Positions 38,195 through 50,395 of a DNA stretch of 64,000 bases are shown one piece after another. Every line of letters begins with the position of its first letter. Positions within the stretch are counted from its first letter, which is position 1. The position numbers were made by a program, and so were the translations under genes. This stretch comes from an uncultured Gemmatimonadales bacterium (GTDB lineage Bacteria; Gemmatimonadota; Gemmatimonadetes; Gemmatimonadales; GWC2-71-9): NCBI GenBank assembly GCA_963779755.1, contig CAVZZO010000001.1, forward strand, positions 288,001 through 352,000. The letters run 5' to 3'. The notes under the pieces are model-generated. The model did not search any database. It worked only from the letters and a program-made list of their open reading frames with translations, and was not told where the DNA came from.

Positions 38195-39358
38195 TTACAC
38201 GCCGGTCAGCGCCCGCAGCAGCGCGGGGCCGGTCACCGCCGCCTGCCACTGGCGCAATTCGGGAACGGCGGCCAATTCTTCCATCGAGTGCGGCTCGGCC
38301 CGGGCAATGGCCTCCAGTGTTCCGTTGGGGCAGAGCACCCCCGGCGCCAGGTCCACCTGCTGGGCCAGCGCATTCCGGGCCACCTTGAGCCGCTCCAGCC
38401 GCTCCTGCAGCGCGGGATCGGGCGCGGGCCGTCGCCCCCGTACCAGCTTCGGTACCTCCGCCTCCGGGGTCTCCAGCCCGGCGCGAACGGCCTGCAGCAA
38501 CTCCTTCCCCCGCCGGGAAACCGTATCCGCACCGATCCCCTTGATGGCGCCCAGCGCGGAGGGCGTCTGCGGCTGCTCCCGCGCGAGCGCCAGGAGCGCG
38601 TCGTTGCTCAAGACCCGGAACGCAGCCCGATCCTGCCGCCGGGCCAGATCCTCCCGCCAGCGGTAGACCTCCCGCAGGACGGCGGTCTGGTGACCGCGCA
38701 GCTGCCTTGATCCCTTGACTCTCCAGAACCCCTCGGTATCGTCCGGCGGCGTCCAGCGGAGCGTCTCCAGGCGGCGGAATTCCTCCTGCGCCCAGGCCAG
38801 CCGGGTGGCCTCCCGCAGCCGCTCGCGCAGGATGTCCCGGAGCGACGGCAGATAGCTGGTATCCATGGCGGCGTAGGCCAGCATGTCCGCCGAGAGAGGT
38901 CGGCGGGACCAGTCGGCCCGCTGGAAGCGCTTGTCCAGCCGCACGCCGAGGTGTTTCTCCAGCAGCGCCGCCAGCCCAACGCCCGGCTCATTGAGCAGTT
39001 GGGCCGCAATTCTCGTATCGAAGATGTTGCTGGCACGAAAACCGTAATCGCGATGGAGCAGGCGAAGGTCGTAGTCCGCATCGTGAAAGACGAGCTCGAC
39101 CGCCGGGTCGGCCAGCAGGGTCCCGAGCGGGCCGAGCTCGGTTACCGGCAGCGGGTCGATGACGGCGGTAGTGGATCGTGTGGATAGCTGGATCAGGTAG
39201 ACCCGGTCGTGGAACTTGTGGAAGCTGGCGGCTTCTGTGTCGAGGGCGAGCAGCGGCAGGCCCGCGATTTCCCCGAAAAAATGGCGAACATCCTGGTCGG
39301 TCTGGATGTACCGGGGTGAGGGCGCTTCGGTGTCTGCGGAGGGCATCTTTCCCGTCAT
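38195..39358 (-). CDS. rnd: Ribonuclease D (DEDD exonuclease + HRDC domains)
   Basis: ALDTE, LIQLST, FHDADYDL, FDTRIAA, ADWSRRPL, YAAMD. Confidence 0.9.
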   Translation of the reverse strand: MTGKMPSADTEAPSPRYIQTDQDVRHFFGEIAGLPLLALDTEAASFHKFHDRVYLIQLSTRSTTAVIDPLPVTELGPLGTLLADPAVELVFHDADYDLRLLHRDYGFRASNIFDTRIAAQLLNEPGVGLAALLEKHLGVRLDKRFQRADWSRRPLSADMLAYAAMDTSYLPSLRDILRERLREATRLAWAQEEFRRLETLRWTPPDDTEGFWRVKGSRQLRGHQTAVLREVYRWREDLARRQDRAAFRVLSNDALLALAREQPQTPSALGAIKGIGADTVSRRGKELLQAVRAGLETPEAEVPKLVRGRRPAPDPALQERLERLKVARNALAQQVDLAPGVLCPNGTLEAIARAEPHSMEELAAVPELRQWQAAVTGPALLRALTGV

Positions 39359-39507
39359 TTGCGAAACCTCGCGGGGTCGCGCGTCCCAGGCAACGGTCTC
39401 TTTAGAGTACACGGCTAAGTCAGTGGCGAGACACTAACGCGACAGTCACTGCTACCGGAAGGTTCATGGCGCCGCTACCTTAGCCACCACCGCCACCGGG
39501 AGGTTTC

Positions 39508-40710
39508 ATGCGGGACGTGGACCTGCGGGTCTACCCCGATCAGTGCGATGCCTTTGACCATCTCAATCAGGCCGCTTCACTGGCGCTGTTCGAGCGAGCC
39601 CGCTGGGAGATGCTGGCGCGCGGCCCGGGCATGGACCTCTTTGCACGGGCCGGTACCTGGCCGGTTGTCCGGAAGACCACGATCGAATACCACGCCCCTG
39701 CGCTCGCCGGCGATGTGCTCCGCTTCTCCCAGACGCTGCTGCATCATGGCCGCACCAGCTTCACCATGAGGCAGACCGCCCGGCGCCTGGGCGATGATCT
39801 GCTGATCGCCGCCGCGGAGTTCGTGCTGGTCTGTGTGGACCGGAGCGGTCGGCCGGTGCCGGTGCCGGAGGAGCTGGGGCGGTTCATGGAAACGGCGGGC
39901 GCCGCTTCGGGGCAGCCGCAGCGGCTCACGGTGAACGGAGTCAGCCTGGCGGTGGAGTTGGCCGGCGAAGGCCCCGCCCTTCTTTACATCCACGGCTTCC
40001 CGCTGGACCGGACTATATGGCGCCATCAGCTTGCGGGGATCCCTCACTGGCGGGGGCTGGCGCCGGATCTTCGCGGCCTGGGGCAGTCCGCCGCGCCCGA
40101 TCTGGGTTACAGCATGGGGACCTACGCCGCCGACCTGGCTGCCCTGCTCGATACCCTGGGTATCGAGCAGGTGGTGCTCTGCGGACTGTCCATGGGCGGT
40201 TATGTGGCGTTCGAGTTCCTGCGGCGCTACCGCGAGCGGGTGCGTGGAGTGGTGCTCATTTCCACCCGGGCGGAAGCCGATACGCCGGAAAGCCGGCGAA
40301 CGCGCGATGCGAGTGCCGCGCTGGTGCGGGAGCGGGGGGCCGCAGCCCTGGCGGAGCAGATGTTACCCGGCATGCTGGCGCCGGCGAGCCTGCAGACCCG
40401 GCCGGAGATCGCCGCCGATCTCCGGCGCTTGATGGGGGCCGCGCCCGTTCCGGGCATCGTGGGCGCCCTGGCGGCCATGCGCGACCGGCCCGACAGCCGA
40501 CCCCTGCTTCCCTCGCTCGAGGCCTTGCCGGCGCTGGTTCTCGCCGCGGAAGAAGACCAGATCATCGGACTGGAGAGCGCCCGGGCCATGGCCGAGGCCA
40601 TTCCCCAGGCCAGCCTCCGGATCATCCCCGGGGCGGGGCACGTCTGCACCCTGGAGCAGCCGGGGGCGGTGAACGGCGCGCTGCTGGACTTCCTGAGAGG
40701 GCTGGAATGA
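39508..40710 (+). CDS. Hotdog thioesterase fused to alpha/beta hydrolase
   Basis: DAFDHLNQA..FERARW (4HBT-like); HGFP, DLRGLG, GLSMGG, GAGH. Confidence 0.85.
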   Translation: MRDVDLRVYPDQCDAFDHLNQAASLALFERARWEMLARGPGMDLFARAGTWPVVRKTTIEYHAPALAGDVLRFSQTLLHHGRTSFTMRQTARRLGDDLLIAAAEFVLVCVDRSGRPVPVPEELGRFMETAGAASGQPQRLTVNGVSLAVELAGEGPALLYIHGFPLDRTIWRHQLAGIPHWRGLAPDLRGLGQSAAPDLGYSMGTYAADLAALLDTLGIEQVVLCGLSMGGYVAFEFLRRYRERVRGVVLISTRAEADTPESRRTRDASAALVRERGAAALAEQMLPGMLAPASLQTRPEIAADLRRLMGAAPVPGIVGALAAMRDRPDSRPLLPSLEALPALVLAAEEDQIIGLESARAMAEAIPQASLRIIPGAGHVCTLEQPGAVNGALLDFLRGLE

Positions 40711-40855
40711 AACCGCGCCGCAGAGAGGGCCGTACGGACTGAAGCGGTGGTGTGGCAGGCCGCCGTGGCAGTACCTCCCTTCCGGACGGCCCCGGGGTCG
40801 CGGCCACGCAGTACGACCTCGCGGGCCGCTCTCTTTTCAGCAGAAGGCAAAGAAA

Positions 40856-40885
40856 CAAGGCAGGGAACACGGGTTCCCTGCCTTG
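40856..40885. terminator. Intrinsic, probably bidirectional, terminator
   Basis: Perfect 13-bp stem CAAGGCAGGGAAC-ACGG-GTTCCCTGCCTTG with T/A-rich flanks between convergent genes. Confidence 0.8.
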
Positions 40886-40920
40886 CTCGTCTTTTCTCTT
40901 GCCGCTGTCTCTCCAGAGCG

Positions 40921-41184
40921 CTACTTCTGCGGCGGTCCCGGCGGATTATCCCCGGCAAAGACGTCACGGTTCCTGGCGATATAGGATTCCCACTGCGGCG
41001 GCACGTCCTCTTCGGGGAAGATGGCTGTCACCGGGCACTCCGGCTCGCAGGCCCCGCAGTCGATGCACTCGTCCGGGTGAATGTAGAGCATGTCCTCACC
41101 TTCATAGATGCAGTCGACCGGACAGACATCTACGCAGGCGCGGTCCTTGACGCCGATACAGGGTTCGGCAATTACGTACGTCAT
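40921..41184 (-). CDS. FdxA-type (7Fe/8Fe) ferredoxin
   Basis: [28 protein letters not shown]...[21 protein letters not shown]. Confidence 0.95.
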   Translation of the reverse strand: MTYVIAEPCIGVKDRACVDVCPVDCIYEGEDMLYIHPDECIDCGACEPECPVTAIFPEEDVPPQWESYIARNRDVFAGDNPPGPPQK

Positions 41185-41311
41185 CTGACCTGCTCCTCCG
41201 AAGAAAGCGCCCGGGGGGATGCTCAGGGCGCGGGCGGAAGATTTATACGACGGCCGGGTAGGCAACGCAAGGGGGCGGCCGGGACAACAAACGGCCGCTT
41301 ATCTTCTGCCC

Positions 41312-43359
41312 ATGCGTCTCGCCGCCTCCGCGGTTCTCTGCTGCCTGCTCCTCGTGGCCGGCCCAGAGGCTCGCGCGCAGAGCTGCCCCTCGGGGCCCAC
41401 CGCGCTGGTGCTCTCCGGCGGGGGCGCCAAGGGGCTGGCCCATATCGGGGTGCTCCGGGTGCTGGACAGCCTCGGCGTGCGCCCGGACCTGGTGGTCGGC
41501 ACCAGCATGGGGGCCATTATCGGCGGCCTCTATGCCAGCGGGTATTCGGCCCGGGAGATCGATTCTCTGAGCCGGGCGCTCCCGCTGGGGCGGTTTTTCC
41601 GGCCCTACCAGCCCAGCGCTCCCTCGGCCCTCGGCATGCTCCAGCCATTCGTGGTCTGGGAGCGCCGGGGGGAGCATTCGTGCTGCAGCGCTCGGCGGCG
41701 GACGAGCCGGCCATCAATGCCCTGCTGAACGCCGGTCTGCTCCGCGGGAATCTGCTGGCCCGGGGATCGTTTGATTCTCTGCCGATCCGGTTCCGGGCGG
41801 TCGCCACGGACCTGCGTACCGGAGAGCCGGTGGTGTTTTCCACGGGCGATCTGGCCCGCGCCGTTCGTGCCAGTGCCGCCATCCCCCTGCTCTTCGATCC
41901 GGTGCGCCAGGATGGACGCTACCTGGGCGACGGAGGCCTTTCGGCCAATGTGCCGGTCGGCATCGCCCGCGACGCCGGCGCCGCGCGGGTGATTGTCAGC
42001 TACACCACCGAGCGCGTTCCCGATTCGTTGAACCTGCTCTCGCCCGTGGTCCTGGCCGATCAGCTGATCCGGCTGCTGTTCCGGCAGCCGCCGGATTCGC
42101 TCGGGGCCGCCGACATCGCCATCCACCCCGATGTGGAGGGCTTTCAGAGCCTCAACTTCGGGCGGCAATCGGTCGACAGCCTGATCGACCGCGGGTACCA
42201 GGCCGCTCGCGAGAGCCTTCAGGCTGCTCGTTGCCTGCCCCGTGGCCCCGTCTCCGGACGGGCCCTTCCTACCCGAGTCGGCACCGTGCAGCTGCGGGAC
42301 GTGCGCATGGGAGACACGACCTATCTGCCCCGGATGGTGGGGGTGCACGATCACGGCCCATTGGAGTGGCGCGAGCTGGAACGGCGTCTGCTGCGCCTGG
42401 GCTCGAGCGAGGTGTATGATGCCGTCTGGCTCAACCCTCGCGGAAGCCGCGACACCGTGGATTTCGACCTGCAGCCCCGGTATCCGGCAAAGTGGGTCAT
42501 TGCGCTCGGGCTGGTGTACGACAACGATCTGGGAGCCCGCGCCTGGATAGGGACCGTCGATCGCAGCCTGCTCGGCCGGGAAACCGAGGGAAGCGCCACG
42601 CTCATGCTGGGCGAGTTGCGGCAGGAGCTCGACGCCGGCCTGCGGTATCGCAGCCTCGGAGTGCGATATCCAGTCCCAGCGCTGACGCTGGAGCTGGGCC
42701 GCGAAGCGGTGAGACGATTCGACAGCAACGGCGACGAGCTGCCCATCCTCCGGATTCACGAGGCCCTGGGCACCGCCGGGCTGGAAGGAGATCTGGGCCG
42801 GGGGTGGCGCGCGTTTCTGGGGGCGGAAGCCCACGTGTGGGAGGAGCCCGGCCGGCATGGCCTCAGCGCCGTCGGAGCGCGGCTCCGGCTCAGCAAGACC
42901 GGCCGCAGCGCCGAGCCGCTGTTCCGGCTGGAAGGGGACGAGACCACGGCTTACGGCCGGCTGCTGGCCGAAGGAGTTCTGAGCATCCGCCTGAGCCGCC
43001 TCACCATTCGTCCGCGCCTGCGTTACGGCTACGGCCGCCAGCTTCCTCCGCAGCTGGCCTTCTCTCTTGGCGGCGACGAGGGGTTTCCCGGCCTCCATAT
43101 CGGGGAGTTGCGCGGCGAGCGCGAGGCCCTGGGCGCGCTGGAGCTGAGCTATCCCATTGCCGGTCCCGTCCTCTTCCGGACCGAAGGGATGGTGGGCCGG
43201 ATCACCAGCGGGGGCGGCCTCTTTCCCGGCGGCACCTGGCGCACCGGTATTCGGGTCGGATTCGGCGTCGAGACTTCACTGGGGCCGATCCGGGTGGAAT
43301 ATGGTATCAGCGATGGGGGCCGGGAGGCGATCTTCCTGCGGGTAGGGCGCTGGTTCTGA
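41312..43359 (+). CDS. Patatin-like phospholipase with C-terminal beta-barrel (PlpD/type Vd-like), frameshifted at G run 41667-41672
   Basis: Signal peptide, GGGAKG and GTSMG in frame 2; DGG and BamA-like C-terminus (LGPIRVEYG...VGRWF) in frame 1. Confidence 0.8.
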
Positions 43360-43424
43360 CACATCCCGGGCCCCGGCGCTAAATTCAGCGGGGCCGTCCC
43401 GCCCCTCTCCTCGTAGCGGATGCC

Positions 43425-45065
43425 ATGATCTCCATGCCGCGCTTTCAGCCGAGCGTCGTCCTGGCCGTTGCCCTCCTGCTGGCGGTGCCGGCTCGGGTGG
43501 CGCAGGCGCGCCAGCAGGACACGACGCAGGCCGCCGCCGATACGGTGTCGGTCCCCGCCGGCGCGCCGGTCATTTTCGAGGGCGATACCCTCTTCTTCCT
43601 CTATGGCCGCCTGGGGCCGTTCGGCCCCGCCGAACGGGCGGCGGGGGTTGCCCGGCGGCTGCGGGCCGACGCGCATACCACCGGGCTCCGCGACTCGGTG
43701 ACGGTGGCCGAGCACGAAGGCGTTGTGGAGGTGCTGCTGGGAGACGAGGTGTTGATGACGGTGCTGGCGGCCGATGCCGAGGCCGCCGCAACCACACGGC
43801 TCCTGCTGGCGGACTTCTATGGCGGAAAGATCCGCAGTGCCCTCCAGTCGGCCAGTGCGCGCTGGAGTCTGAAGGCGCTCCTGCTGGGGGGCCTCCTTAC
43901 CCTCCTCGCTACCGGTGCGCTCCTCCTGCTGCTCCGGCTGTTGCGGTGGTTCTTCCCCCGGGTTTACGGGAAGCTCGAATCCTGGCGCCAGACCCGGATC
44001 CCTTCCATCCGGGTGCAGCGGCTGGAGCTCATTTCGTCCAGCCGGATCACTGATTTCCTGATGGTCGGCGCGCGGGCGGTGCGGGTCGTGCTGACCGTCG
44101 TGCTCTTCTATTTCTACGTCCCGCTGGTTCTCAGCTTCTTCCCCTGGACCCAGCGGCTTGCCGGCCGGATCGTCGGCTACGTGACCGGTCCCCTGCAGCA
44201 GGTCTGGCTCAGTCTCGTCGGTTACCTGCCCAACCTGTTCTTCATCGCGGTCATCGTCCTGGTGACGCGATATGCCATCGCGGTCATTCATTTCTTCTTC
44301 CGCGCCGTCGAATCAGGAACCATCACCTTCCGGGGATTTCACCGGGACTGGGCGGAGCCCACCTTCAAGATCGTCCGGTTTCTGGTCATCGCGTTCTCCC
44401 TGGTGGTGTTGTTTCCCTATCTTCCGGGCGCCCAGTCGGATGCCTTCAAGGGCATCTCGATCTTTCTGGGCGTGCTGTTCAGCCTCGGCTCGTCGTCCGC
44501 CGTTTCCAACATCGTCTCGGGCGTGGTGCTGACCTACACCCGGGCCTTCCAGGCCGGCGACCGGGTCCAGATCGGGGAGACGATGGGCGACGTGCTGGAA
44601 CGGACGCTTCTGGTCACGCGGTTGCGCACCATCAAGAATGTCGAGGTCACGATTCCCAACGGCATGGTGTTGGGGAGCCACATTCTGAACTACACCAGCG
44701 AGGCGGCGACCCGGGGGCTCATCCTGCATACCACCGTCACGATCGGCTACGACGCCGAGTGGCGGCAGGTGCACCAGCTGCTGATCGATGCCGCCCTGGC
44801 CACCGACCAGGTCCTGGCCGACCCGGCGCCCTTCGTGCTGCAGACCGCGCTGGGCGATTTCTTCGTCTCCTATGAGCTGAACGCCACCACCCGGGCGGCG
44901 GGAAAGATGATCCAGCTCTATTCCGACCTGCATCGCAACATCCAGGACCGGTTCAACGCGGCGGGGGTGGAGATCATGTCGCCGCACTACCGGTCTATCC
45001 GAGACGGCAATGCTCCGGCGATGCCAGCGGGGACCAGAGATAAGGGAGAAGGGACAAGGGCATGA
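43425..45065 (+). CDS. MscS family mechanosensitive channel
   Basis: SNIVSGVVL, GDRVQIG, IPNG, TVTIGYD, FNAAGVEIMSPHY. Confidence 0.92.
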   Translation: MISMPRFQPSVVLAVALLLAVPARVAQARQQDTTQAAADTVSVPAGAPVIFEGDTLFFLYGRLGPFGPAERAAGVARRLRADAHTTGLRDSVTVAEHEGVVEVLLGDEVLMTVLAADAEAAATTRLLLADFYGGKIRSALQSASARWSLKALLLGGLLTLLATGALLLLLRLLRWFFPRVYGKLESWRQTRIPSIRVQRLELISSSRITDFLMVGARAVRVVLTVVLFYFYVPLVLSFFPWTQRLAGRIVGYVTGPLQQVWLSLVGYLPNLFFIAVIVLVTRYAIAVIHFFFRAVESGTITFRGFHRDWAEPTFKIVRFLVIAFSLVVLFPYLPGAQSDAFKGISIFLGVLFSLGSSSAVSNIVSGVVLTYTRAFQAGDRVQIGETMGDVLERTLLVTRLRTIKNVEVTIPNGMVLGSHILNYTSEAATRGLILHTTVTIGYDAEWRQVHQLLIDAALATDQVLADPAPFVLQTALGDFFVSYELNATTRAAGKMIQLYSDLHRNIQDRFNAAGVEIMSPHYRSIRDGNAPAMPAGTRDKGEGTRA

Positions 45066-45102
45066 CCATCCCCTGTCCCTTCTGCCTTGTCCCTGGTCCC
45101 CG
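45028..45102. repeat. Inverted heptamer (AGGGACA-like) arrays forming a long hairpin between convergent genes
   Basis: ggggacc-agagata-agggaga-agggaca / tgtccct-tctgcct-tgtccct-ggtcccc. Confidence 0.7.
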
Positions 45103-45113
45103 CTCTTGCCGCT

Positions 45114-45686
45114 CTACAGCAGTCCCGTAAGGGGCGTCGCATAGGTCGCGGTGCGCGGCTCCGGGACGCCATAGCGGCCGTCGGCCGCATAGAGCCGTTC
45201 CCACACGCTCCGGAAACAGAAAGGATCGAGACCGTGGGGACGGTCCACCGTGAGGACGCCGTCCAGGTGGTCGATCTCGTGCTGCAGCAACTCTGCTTCC
45301 GGCCCCTCGAAGTCGGCGGTCTGCCAGTCTCCCCGCCCGTCCTGATAGTTGACCCGGACTCGATAAGCCCGGCTCACCCGCACCAGCAGGTCGGGAATGG
45401 AGAAACAGTCGTCCCAGACGTCGAAATCCTCATTGCCCACGTCGACGATTTCGGGGTTGATCATCGCGAGCGGCCGGGCCAGCTCGAGGTAGATCATCCG
45501 CACCGGCGCCCCGATCTGCGGGGCCGCCAGACCCCGGCCGCGGCCGTGGCGGGCGCGCAGGCCGCGAAGGGTATCGCGCAGGTCGTCGAGGATGATACGA
45601 ACCGCCGACGAACGGGGCCGGCTGATCGGCTCGCATCGGGACCGCAGTATGGGATCGCCCAGCAGTCGGACGGGATGCTCGCTCAT
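45114..45686 (-). CDS. def: Peptide deformylase
   Basis: GDPILR, GRGLAAPQIG, INP, DDCFS (variant of EGCLS), QHEIDHLDG. Confidence 0.9.
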   Translation of the reverse strand: MSEHPVRLLGDPILRSRCEPISRPRSSAVRIILDDLRDTLRGLRARHGRGRGLAAPQIGAPVRMIYLELARPLAMINPEIVDVGNEDFDVWDDCFSIPDLLVRVSRAYRVRVNYQDGRGDWQTADFEGPEAELLQHEIDHLDGVLTVDRPHGLDPFCFRSVWERLYAADGRYGVPEPRTATYATPLTGLL

Positions 45687-45983
45687 GGGTACGTTCCGGA
45701 AAAGGCCTCTGCTCCTGCCCGCAATCTTGTGCCTTTCATGGAGGCGTACAATACCCCTCCACCAGGCTGAAGCGGAGCACACCATCCGCCGCCGCCGCCC
45801 CCACAACCTAAGTACATGTCCCGCTGCAGCTTGGCGAACTGCCGGAGAGGCGGCACCGGCCAATAGTAGTTGTTATAGATACTACTTATGAGACCCCGTT
45901 GACGCCGTTCTGCTGATCCATCGCCTGATAGTATCGCCACAAGTCTTTGCTTGATTACATCTTACGGATTCGCACCAAAAACA

Positions 45984-46023
45984 CAACAATATGTTGACAA
46001 ATGGGGTGCACCTCCCTTAGGCT
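45984..46023 (+). promoter_or_regulatory. suf operon promoter with a palindromic operator
   Basis: CAACA-ATA-TGTTG overlapping TTGACA (45994-45999), 18 nt spacer, TAGGCT. Confidence 0.65.
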
Positions 46024-46032
46024 TCTGGCCGT

Positions 46033-46757
46033 ATGGAAGCCTCTGCACCGAAGCCTCGAGAGGGCGTGTCCCTGCCGGTCGGCCATCGCGGCCGTCGGGC
46101 CGATATCCTCCTCGAGCTGAAGCGGGCGGGTGGTCTCACCGCCAGGGACCTGGCGGGGCTGCTGGATCTGTCGCTGAATGCCGTCCGGCACCACCTGAAG
46201 GAGCTGGAAGCCAGCGGTGTGGTCGAGTACCGGCGCGAGCGGCGCGGCGTGGGTGCGCCCTCCCACACCTATGCCCTGACGGCGTCGGGAGAGGCCCTCT
46301 TCCCCCGCCGGTCGGAAGAGCTGGTCGGCCAGATTCTCGACTTCGCCGCCTCGGCCCAGGGGGTTCGAGGGGCCATCGTGGCGGCCCTGGAAGACCGCTA
46401 TGTGCAGATGGCCGATCGTCTCGAGTCGGAGTTGAGCGGCGCGAATGCCAATACCCGTCTCGAAGCCGTGGCCCGCGTGCTGGAAGACGAAGGCTACATG
46501 GCGGAATGGTCGGTGGCCGACGGCCGGATCCGGCTGACGGAGCACCATTGTGCGGTGCGCACCGTCGCCGAGCGCTTCCCCGAGCTGTGCGAAGCGGAGG
46601 CGCGGTTTCTGGAGCAGGTCCTGGGTGCCGGCGTGGAGCGGCGGCTGCACATCCTGGACGGTTGCCGGGCCTGTGAATATCACATCCGGTTCGATGCCGC
46701 CGGGCCCGACGGCGATGCCGGCGGCCCGCCGGCCGATTCTCAGCAGGCGGAACCGGC

Positions 46758-46761
<4 letters not shown>
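46033..46761 (+). CDS. sufR: SufR-like Fe-S sensing HTH regulator
   Basis: N-terminal wHTH ([10 protein letters not shown]), C-terminal HHC...ELCEAE...CRAC; upstream of sufB. Confidence 0.8.
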
Positions 46762-48230
<1,469 letters not shown>

Positions 48231-48231
48231 G

Positions 48232-48304
48232 ACAGTAAGTGGGGGTAAGCGGTGAGCAGTACGCGGGTGCTCCCGCTCACCGCTTACTGCTCACCGTTCA
48301 CCGA
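48232..48304. repeat. Inverted heptamer (GGTGAGC-like) arrays between sufB and sufC
   Basis: ggtaagc-ggtgagc-agtacgc / ccgctca-ccgctta-ctgctca-ccgttca. Confidence 0.7.
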
Positions 48305-48320
48305 CCAAGGAGTCAGACGA

Positions 48321-49066
<746 letters not shown>

Positions 49067-49070
<4 letters not shown>

Positions 49071-50377
49071 CCGGTACCTACCTCGACGACGCCGTCCGAA
49101 CCTCCGAAGGCGCCGGCATCCGGTTGCCCGCCTGGGCGCAGGCCCTGCGCGAGGAGGGGCGCGAGGCGTTCGGCCGCAAGGGCTTCCCCACCACCCGCGA
49201 CGAAGACTGGAAGTTCACCAGCGTGAATGCGCTGGCGCAGAGTTCCTTCCCCCGCTCCCCGGAGGCGGCCCCGGTCCTGCGGCCCGCCGGCCTGGCCCCG
49301 GCGCTGTTCGGCGAATCGGGCTGGCTCGAGTTGGTGTTCGTCAACGGGCGGCATCAGCCCCAGCTGGGCACCGGCAGCATGCCGGAGGGCCTCGAGGTGA
49401 TGAGCCTGCGCCAGGCCATGGACCGGGACCATCCGGTGGTCAGGCGGTACCTGGGGCAGCTGGCTCGCGCCGCGGCCGGCGGGTTTACGGCCCTGAATGC
49501 CGCCTACCTGGAGGACGGGGCCTTCGTGCGCGTTCCGGCCGGTGTGGCACTGCCCGGGCCGGTGCACCTGGTCTTTCTCACGGATGAGGCGGGCGAGCAG
49601 GGCTCGAGTCACCCCCGCAACCTCCTGGTGCTGGAGCGGGGAGCGGAGGCCGCCGTAGTGGAGACGTATCTCTCCCTGGGCACGGAGGCCGCCTACTTCT
49701 GCAACGCCGTAACCGAAGCGGTGGTGGGAGACAACGCCCGGCTCCAGCACCTGAAGATCCAGCGGGAAAACGAGGCGGCGTTCCACGTGGGCACCGCCGA
49801 GGTGCGCCAGGGGCGGGACAGCGCCTATACCTCCTTCTCCTTCGCCACCGGTGGCCGGCTGAGCCGGACCAATATCTATACGGTCATGGAGGGTGAAGGG
49901 GCCGAGTGTGTGATGAACGGCCTCTACCTTCCGCACGGCCACCAGCATATCGACCATCAGACGCGGATCGAGCACGCGGCCCCCCGCTGCGCCAGTCGCG
50001 AGGTCTACAAGGGCATTCTCGAGGGCCGCGGGCACGCGGTATTCAACGGGAAGGTCTATGTCCGCGCGGAGGCGCAGCAGACCGACGGCAAGCAGACCAA
50101 CAAGAACCTGTTGCTCTCCGAGCATGCCCGGGTCGATACCAAGCCGCAGCTCGAGATCTTCGCCGACGACGTCAAGTGCACTCATGGCGCTACGGTCGGC
50201 CGCCTGGACCCGCTCTCCGTGTTCTATCTCGAGAGCCGGGGGATCCCCTCGCCGGCGGCGCGGCGGATCCTCACCTACGGGTTTGCCGCCGAGGTGATCG
50301 AAACCGTATCACTGCCCGCCGTGCGCGACCGGCTCGAGCGGCTGGTGTTCGAGCGCCTGGAGGCAGACGCCGGCTGA
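49067..50377 (+). CDS. sufD: Fe-S cluster assembly protein SufD
   Basis: [34 protein letters not shown]. Confidence 0.95.
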
Positions 50378-50395
50378 GAGGAAGGCCCATTGGTC

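Noticed and set aside
40770..40800. SRP RNA-like GTCCGGAAGG on the minus strand
   Set aside because: Lacks the flanking TCAGG and AAGCAGC of the conserved SRP helix
45683..45739. 18-aa uORF (MKGTRLRAGAEAFSGTYP) overlapping the def start
   Set aside because: No RBS or conservation evidence; could arise by chance
45755..45862. Possible tRNA (including tRNA-Sec) or ncRNA upstream of def
   Set aside because: No cloverleaf, T-loop GTTC or UCA anticodon arm on either strand
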